A DNA stretch of 64,000 bases from Eledone cirrhosa (taxonomy: Eukaryota): positions 139,190,001 through 139,254,000 of the forward strand of contig OZ024740.1 in the NCBI GenBank assembly GCA_964016885.1, in the 5' to 3' direction. Of the stretch, positions 55,700 to 64,000 are shown one piece after another (position 1 is the stretch's first letter; each line of letters begins with the position of its first letter). The position numbers and the translations under genes were made by a program. Under the pieces are notes generated by a model. It ran no database searches and was not told the origin of the DNA. It saw only the letters and a program-made list of their open reading frames with translations.

Positions 55700-56870
55700 A
55701 GACATTTAGGTGATTTCAACAAAGCACCCTCTGCTAAAGTGGAATCCCATTGCGAATCATCTTCCAAAGACCTCGCTTAAAGCAGGCTTCCCGGTACGTA
55801 TCACATATTTCTCCATCAACAGTTTTGAGGTCCTGAAATCTTTGTGGGCCTACAACTTCATGCAGAAGAAGGCGGAGATGAAAGCACTCATGCTGACTCG
55901 GGAGCACAGTGTAAACCCTTCCAAGACAGCTGTCAATTTTACACCAGGATGTCTTTCAGTAGCCTGACCTGACTTTCGTCGCACCCAAGTGTTTTTCGAC
56001 CATATAAAGTAGGATGGAACCTGGGAGTACACAATTGTTTGCGCAAATGTATCGAACTGGAAAAGTTTGAAGAAACCCATCAGAGTGGTCTCTTTCGTAT
56101 CGGCGGCCAACTTGGCGGCGGTTTGGTCCGTAAAGTAAACCCTTTGCCCATTTTCCAAATGTACCGCAAGCTGTACGCTGGCGGGGTGACGTTTAGTGTA
56201 GGGGTAAACCAAATAGGCGCCAAAAAGGTTCATTGTTACTGATGTACCGCCCCGCCAGGTATTCTGTGACCTCGTCGCTGCTATTTTCAGCTTGAAATGC
56301 GAACATTACGGCATCAGAGTCCTTATTTACATATTTGCATATGTATTTTATCGACTTGACGGAGATGCAAAACTCAACGTTGATGTGGGCGTTGGACATC
56401 TTCAAGAGAAGCGGGCAGTAAGGGACCACCCATCTATTGTCGACTTGACCTCCGCCTGTACAGGGGGTAACCGTCGCCACCAGTCTGAGTCTGGTCAACA
56501 AATATTTTGGGGTATCCTTTACTGCACGACTCCCCTTTCAGACACGTGTGATGCTCATTAGGACCCAACGCACACGGACCATGTTAGCTTTGACGATGTC
56601 ATGTAATTCCTGGTCAGTTGCTGGGTTAGGGATTTCAGCCGAAATGAAGCTGTCTATGGTATTTGAATTGATTTTATCAGCTAACCAAATCAAAATGTGA
56701 GCATGTGGCAGCCCTCGTTTTTGCCATTCGACGGTGAACATGTCACATTTTACAGCCCCAAATACCTGACCTTTTTTATTAAAGCCATGAGTTTAGCCAG
56801 TTTCAGTCTGAACACTCTGGCAATGAGGTCATGTCTGTTCGAATAATTTTGCCCAGGAAAAAGCATTAAT
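55700..56870 (-). pseudogene. Rep (HUH) domain remnants of the Helitron RepHel
   Basis: RHDLIARVF, VEWQKRGLPHAHILIWL, VDNRWVVPYCP..AHINVEFC.SVKSIKYICKYVNK, LAVHLENGQRVYF. Confidence 0.9.
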
Positions 56871-57893
56871 CTGTTATATGAAGTGTTATTTTGCGGGTTG
56901 TTATTTGCAATAAGCCGATTGAAAATGCCCCAGATAAGCCGTATGTCAATACGGAACGCTCCACTGCAGTGTTGTTATATAGGGAGTGAAGAGCGACAGA
57001 GAGAGTAAAGCAGTTAAATTATAGAGAGGGGTAATATACGGAACGCTCCATTTGATCATATACATTGTTTCTCTCTCTGCAGTGTTGTCATATAGGGAGT
57101 GAAGAGCGACAGAGAGAGTAAAGCAGTTAAATTATAGAGAGGGGGAATGATCATGATCGATTTTTGCCCTTATTGTTGATTGATTTGAAATTTTTTTGCT
57201 TCATGACCTTCTCCTGACCAAAAGCAATAATTGTTCCGACTTTGAATAGAATCCCGTGAAAAAAGTTATCTCATTAATTTTTTGTCTCATATTGAGAAAA
57301 ACAAAGAAAGAAAATTACAAAAAGGACAACAATAAAATATAATGTCTTTGTTGAGAATCATGTAAATAAATGCTTAAGCGTCGTTATTGTTACGTTTGTT
57401 GTTTTATAAATTCATCTGTTGCTTTTGAATATTTGTTATTTGAAGTAAAATGTAAGTGTATAAAATGTAACGTTGAGAGAGCAGTATGTATTTAGTGTTA
57501 TCGGCTTTTTAAATTTTGATATTTGATGTATGAGTGTCGCTTAGTTATCAGTCTTTTTCGCGTTCCCGAACGAAAAGGGGGAATGATCTATTATAGAGAG
57601 AGAGAAGAGCGGCGGAGAGAGTGAAGCTAGTGTTAAATCTCGAAGCATGAAAAGAATAAAGCAGTTAAATTACAGAGAGGGGGAATAATCTATTGTAGAG
57701 AGAGGGAAGAGCGACGGAGAGAGTAAAGCTATGGCTGTTGTATCTGTTAGAACACGAAAAGTGTGAAACAACAGAATGTTCACTTTTCGTGTTCTAACAT
57801 ATATGCCTAACATCTTCATAAATTTTTCGGGGATAGCCGTGGTGGTGGTGATCGTATGTCATTGGCTAATTTTCAACCAATCAGAGTAAGTGT

Positions 57894-57935
<42 letters not shown>

Positions 57936-58431
57936 TATTCCTCCTCTCTCTATATATATCTTACGCTTTCGCTTTACACTCCTCCCCTTCAATAACACAT
58001 TTCCCCCTCTCTATATATCTCTTCCATTGTTACTTACGCCTGTTTCTCTCTATCTGTTCCGTCTCTATATATATATCTCTCTTACTCTTTCGCTTTGCAC
58101 TCCTCCCCTTCAATACCATCTCTCCCCCTCTCTATATATTTGTTACTCTATCGCTGCACGCTCCTCTCCTTCAATATATCAATTACACACGCTTTACACT
58201 CCTTTATCCCCAGCGCCCCTATATATACACCCCCCTCCCGCATCTATATTTTAATGTTCCGTTGCACCGTGAATATATGTGTCTATATATATATACATAT
58301 ATATTGTATATACACATTCATGTATGTGTATACACACTCATGTATGTATATACACTGGTTTTATGTGTGTATTGTAAATTTGTACTGTTAAAACACGAAA
58401 CTAACATTCGATTGACACTTTGATTACCTGT

Positions 58432-58492
58432 ACAGGCAATAGTTATTAGAATGCTGTTGAAGTGTGTATATATTTTTGGGGGACATCCTGTA
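58432..58492. mobile_element. Tc1/mariner-type terminal fragment
   Basis: Minus strand TACAGGATGTCCCCCAAAAATATATACACACTT resembles mariner-like TIRs. Confidence 0.4.
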
Positions 58493-59253
58493 TATACACA
58501 CATTATATATAATACAATAAACAGATAAATACACACATATATATATGAGCTTATTTAATTATAAATATTGTGAATTTTTAACTCAGTTCAATTATATATA
58601 TAAATGGCTTCTACAGGACTAGAACTGTTTCATTCGAAAGAAATCATCATAATATTGAGAGGGGGGACTAGATAAAATATTTCAAATCAAATGTGTATAA
58701 GTTATAAGTTAAAATGTATAAATAGAGACGATAGTGGAGGTATATCTGTTTAGTGGAACAGTAGACGATAGAATTAAATACAGACGAGAATCTCCCTTTA
58801 ATGAAACAGCAGACGATAGAATTAAGGCAATTTAAATTTTAAGCATTTGCATTTCATCGTTACGGGGTCGATAAAATAAAGTACCAGTAATACACTGTCA
58901 CTAGACGACTTTCAAATTGAATTGTTGGTTCCATTTCTTTAGTATTTTCAATTGTAGTTATCTACTTAAAAAGCGTTACACGGTTAGAGACATAATTGGT
59001 AAGTTATATCTTCCCTATTAAACCATTGCATTATTTCGCCTACAATATAACAAAAATGAAATGTTCTTTAAAGAAACAGGAATATAACTTTATAAAAAAA
59101 AAAGTTGCATCCGCTTCTTTTATCATTGATAATTTTTTCGTTTTAATATTAATTGTTTTTTGTAGTTGTTTATATTAAAAATCTTACTGTAATATTTACT
59201 TAAACGAAGGCAGACATCTAAACTTATAGATTAATCTTGAGCGAAGGACTAGA

Positions 59254-59578
<325 letters not shown>

Positions 59579-59666
59579 TGAATTTCTCCTAAGTATTCAA
59601 TACTCTGTTGAGAAATACATTTTACATAAACAGTCTTTGTACCATTTATACGGTATTAATTACTTA

Positions 59667-59789
<123 letters not shown>

Positions 59790-59955
59790 CGTATGATTAG
59801 AACTGTGTTTATTATTAATATTTTAATGGATTTAATGAAAAATTTTAGGTGTTCATATATATATTCTAAAACTGCGCGAAATCGTGAATCCGCGATAGTT
59901 GAACCGCCAAGTAGCGAGGTATCACTGTATATATGTTTAAATATATAGTGTAGCT

Positions 59956-60420
59956 GTGATGTATCTCGCGAGTGAATCGAGACCTGTCACTGATTTTGGT
60001 GTCCCCACTGCCGATGTGAATGAGCAACGCTGCACTTGTGAATTGGGTCTTGATGTTGCAGGCAGTTCATATACTTACAATGATGCGGTCCCACAAGCTT
60101 GTTCACATTCCTGTGCTAATAATCTAGATGGGCGTATTAAATTGGATGTGAAAGCAGCTTACCGGATGCGGAATCGGGAGAAGTTGAGACAAAAACAGGC
60201 CGATTATAGAGCTGTGAATTTTGCTAAATTAACACAAAAACAGGCCAAGTATAGATGTTCAAAACGGTATGAGTTGGCAAACAAGCAGGCCAAGTATAGA
60301 TCTGCAAATTCAGCTATTATATCTCAAAAGCAAGCCGAGCGTAGAGCTTCTAAACGTACCGAGTTGGCTAAAGAGCAGACCGAGTACAGATCTGCAAATA
60401 TCTTATTGCACAAACAATAA
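59956..60420 (+). other. ORF fragment with 15-aa tandem repeats (KQA.YR), origin unknown
   Basis: 45-bp periodic DNA at 60190-60410 encoding QKQADYRAVNFAKLT / QKQAKYRCSKRYELA / NKQAKYRSANSAIIS / QKQAERRASKRTELA / KEQTEYRSAN. Confidence 0.4.
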
Positions 60421-60447
60421 TTCTGCACAAATGTTGCTCCATTATTT

Positions 60448-60626
60448 TGGCAGTATTGGTAGAGGGTCGGATGCCATGCTTTCCAGCATAGTTACGTCCC
60501 TTTACGATCTGAGTTCAAATCCTGCCGAGGTTGACTTTGCCTTTCATCCTTACGGGGTAGATAAAATAAAGTACCAGTAATGCACTGGGTAATTGCTGGC
60601 CTTGTGCCTAAAGTAGAAACAATTAT
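60448..60626 (+). mobile_element. SINE family A copy
   Basis: Consensus match. Confidence 0.88.
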
Positions 60627-60812
60627 TAGATCTAATGTTGCAACGATACAGTTAAATGTTGTCTGTGTATTTTAAAAAAGATTTGCTTATAATCTTTTCA
60701 AATTTCATTACGCCAATGATTCAAGCTCAAATTGACATTATCTAAAACATTGTACAAACAGCGGTGGATTAGCAGTAGTGAACAGATAAATCAGTCAATT
60801 TATTAAGATTGA

Positions 60813-61465
60813 CTTGGCATCAATCAGCAAGACCTTCATTAGCTGCTCTCCAGCCATCTATTTAAAGCTGTATACATCTATGGTACGAATACACTTGGAG
60901 TTCGCGTCATCAGTCTGGAACCCCTATCTTGCTCAGAACATTGACCTCCTGGAAACTGTTCAGAGACATGCAACCAAGCGCATACCCTCCATCAGACACC
61001 TACCATACCCTGAATATTTTGCTTCCCTCTGGCAATGGACTTGGTAAACACCCACAAAGTTATTAACCATCCGACCAACAACAACCCCGAACACCTTTTT
61101 GATCTCCATGTGTCTAACACGTGGACATGCCTACAAAGTCAGAAAACAACACAGCTCCCATGACTTTAGGAAATATTTCTTCATGCTCAGAGTTGCTGAA
61201 GGATGGAACAAACTTCCTGCATCAGTTGTTAGCTGATGACACACTGCATCCTTTAAAACCATCATACATTCCGAAATACACCAAAACTACACCTGATGTC
61301 CCCCTTCCATACACATGCACATATGTGTATATCATGACTCATGCACTGTTCTTTTTTCCTGACGTTTTTATATTACCCTATGTATTATATATGCACTTTT
61401 GATGAGTTGTAGTGCACCTCAGCATTGTACACAATATTTTCATTATTATTATCATTATTATTATT
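60813..61465 (+). mobile_element. CR1-type LINE 3' end with (ATT)n tail
   Basis: LYTSMVRIHLEFASSVWNPYLAQNIDLLETVQRHATKRIP, RGHAYKV, RKYFFMLRVAEGWNKLP. Confidence 0.85.
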
Positions 61466-61934
61466 ACACTCATTGATCCATTTTGCACTAACTCTGCATC
61501 AAGCACCCTCACCTAAATATTAACCAATCAAGGATCCAATACAGCTATCTGTTGGATGAGTATTGTATAGTGCCAAAAACGAAACCAATCAGTTTAGCAG
61601 AAAATTTCCAGACAAGAAACACGCATATTTTGCTATCCTCAAACACGTTTACACATGGCATGAAATATAACTAATCCGAGATGGCTAGGTTTCATCTTCT
61701 AACTGGATATACGAAATCCATTATGTCTTGACAACAACATGAGGTAACATTATGTTATTCACAGACACACTTTGTACACTGTTCCATATCAGAATGTATT
61801 TCCTTCGTCACATTCACAAACAGTATTGAAAATATGTTCTTCGGCAAATAAAAATGTTTTGTTCATAATATTTCAACTAGCGATTGCTCTACTCCACGCA
61901 CGACCACCATAAATTAATGACCAGCTCAACACAA

Positions 61935-62103
61935 GTATTGGTAGAGCGTCAGACACCATGCTTTGCAGTATTGTTATGGTCCTTTGCATTCTAAGTTCAA
62001 ATCCTGCCGAGGTTAACTTCGACTTTCATACTTACTAATTCGATAAAATAAAGTACCAGTAATGGACTGCCGTAATGGATTTGTGCCGAAAAATAGAAAC
62101 ACT
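61935..62103 (+). mobile_element. SINE family A degraded copy
   Basis: Consensus match. Confidence 0.75.
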
Positions 62104-62657
62104 ATTAATGTGCAATAAGAGCAAAATATAACGACATTGCTCAATTATTTTATCTAATGTTGTAATAACACAAGGAAATGTTGTTTGTGTATTTTTTTTT
62201 ATATTTGCTCATAGGCTTTTACAATTTCGCTCAGCCAACAACTATTAAAAAGTGAGTTGCTTAAGATAACAATTTAATCACAAATTGTTGCTATCTTTTA
62301 ATACACTCCAACAAGTCATCAAATTATGTACAATAAAAACAAATCTTATTAATTTGCTCAGGGAATATAAAGAAAATGTATATACACTGATAATTGCAAT
62401 TGTATGTAAATATTTTGTTTTTGTATTGTTTATTTTATGTTTTCTATTATGTATAATATATTGATTTAATATTGATTGTTTTTTATAGTTGTTTATATTA
62501 AAAGTCTGAAAATATTTTTATACATCTTACACTAATATTTATAAGATAATTTATAATAACAATTACATAATCTAATTACATTACAACGACAATTTATTAT
62601 TAATATATATCCTCTTTAACTAGAGTTATTACAAGCGTTGCCTTAAAAAAATATTAA

Positions 62658-63614
62658 ACTAGACATGAAAAATGCGCAAGCTCAAAAGTGCCACAGAATG
62701 TTATAATAAACCTTCAAAAGTGTGGGACTAGAGTTGTTGCTAAAAAATATTGTAATCATTATATATCGTACATTCTGTGGCATCCTTTATAAAAATAGCT
62801 TAAACCAACGAAGCCTTTATTTTTACGCTATTTCACTTAGTTAATTCTTAGAGTGTAACATATAAAAATAAATACATCTATGTTTAATGTAATAACAGCT
62901 ATAAATAATTACGTAATATTATTATCATATACTCATAGTAACAAAATAATTGTGTTGAAAATTAATATGATGCTTATATGAACGATCAAATCTATAATGA
63001 TAATTTCTTAAATATACTAATAGTAAAATAATTTAGTTATCTATTGTTACATTTTCATAGAACTATAATATTAACAATCGTATTGCATTATCAAATTTTT
63101 ATCACTACAAACTTTCATATTGGAATTACCTTAAGCCACTTATTATTACTTCGCTTTCGTACTTTTACAGCTGTAGATATTGCGCTGTATCTTATATCTA
63201 ATATCAATATCTCATGGTAATTTGCATGCAGTGTAAAATAGGTTTATTAATAACTTTAATATGAAATGTATTATACAGGGCTGCGGAGTCGGCCAAAAAT
63301 TGACTGGCTCCAACTCAGGATCCGATATTCCCTTATTTCCTAAATTTCAGCTCCGCAGCTCTGTTATTATATTAATTAATTTATTTTATAGTTGTAAATC
63401 ATATTTTTATATGTTACACTCTAAGAATTAACTAAGTGAAATAGCGTAAAAATAAAGGCTTCGTTGGTTTAAGCTATTTTTATAAAGGATGCCACAGAAT
63501 GTACGATATATAATGATTACAATATTTTTTAGCAACAACTCTAGTCCCACACTTTTGAAGGTTTATTATAACATTCTGTGGCACTTTTGAGCTTGCGCAT
63601 TTTTCATGTCTAGT
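62658..63614. repeat. Inverted repeat, 213-bp arms (62658-62870 / 63402-63614), 531-bp spacer
   Basis: Arms appear to be perfect reverse complements by eye. Confidence 0.93.
63276..63363. mobile_element. Tiny MITE, possibly hAT-like
   Basis: TIR CAGGGCTGCGGAG / CTCCGCAGCTCTG; flanks GTATTATA / TTATTATA resemble an 8-bp TSD. Confidence 0.6.
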
Positions 63615-64000
63615 AAATCAATGTGTTGCTTAGGTTTCAAAGTTTGTGTCGCGTTCCCTCAAAAGAAGTTTTGTCGTTGTTCTAAACTGTAGGGTAGTAG
63701 ACGGAGGCAGTAACCTTTTAAAGAGAATTGCAGAGGAGATTAAGAGTGGAGTAGAGGAAAGGATGAACCTTTTAAAGAGAGTTGCAACATGTATGTAGTT
63801 TCATATATTTTTGATGGTATTAGTGAGAGGAATGAAGCGTGTAAGAGAGAGGGTTACAGCATGTTTATCGAGTTTTATCGATTTTTTTTTATAGAAGCAG
63901 GAAATATTTGGCAAAAATAATTACGCGTTGACCTGCCCTGGTAAATTTGGAGTACATTGGTAAAAAAAATCCTCAAAATCGGTAGAGAAATGTGGAAATG

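Larger units (their letters stand above)
54189..57930 (-). mobile_element. Helitron with an internally deleted, disrupted RepHel gene
   Basis: 3' hairpin CCCGAGCAACGCCGGG plus CTAG|T at 54189; helicase and Rep remnants; subterminal tandem subrepeats (56950-57140, 57590-57730); 5' end in (TA)n is approximate. Confidence 0.88.

Noticed and set aside
54380-56561. Plus-strand and alternate-frame ORFs inside the Helitron
   Set aside because: Shadow frames of the RepHel remnant

Overview
Repeat-saturated, AT-rich eukaryotic DNA with no clearly intact host gene. The mix of abundant (TA)n/(CA)n/(GATA)n/(CATA)n microsatellites, two tRNA-derived SINE families and many retroelement remnants looks like a cephalopod (octopus-type) genome; that assignment is an inference. 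Recognisable elements are a near full-length but mutated Tx1/L1-type LINE (1-4910, minus) with a second 3' fragment, R4/Dong-type RLE LINEs, a CRE-like fragment, RTE and CR1-type 3' ends, two Penelope-like (PLE) RT regions (one with a GIY-YIG remnant), a deleted RepHel Helitron, non-autonomous Helitrons and small MITEs. Four signals stand out. (1) At least seven intact type-I hammerhead ribozyme cores and several decayed ones lie in non-coding segments wedged into (TA)n tracts. They include a retrozyme-like element at 34961-35945 with two tandem hammerheads 564 nt apart plus an inverted third. (2) A second tandem-plus-inverted element (52306-53550) carries hammerhead-like strands in an unusual reversed order. 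(3) Several LINE junctions suggest microsatellite targeting: (GATA)n for Tx1 and (CATA)n for Dong. (4) Fold-back inverted duplications are unusually dense. All calls were made by eye without database searches.
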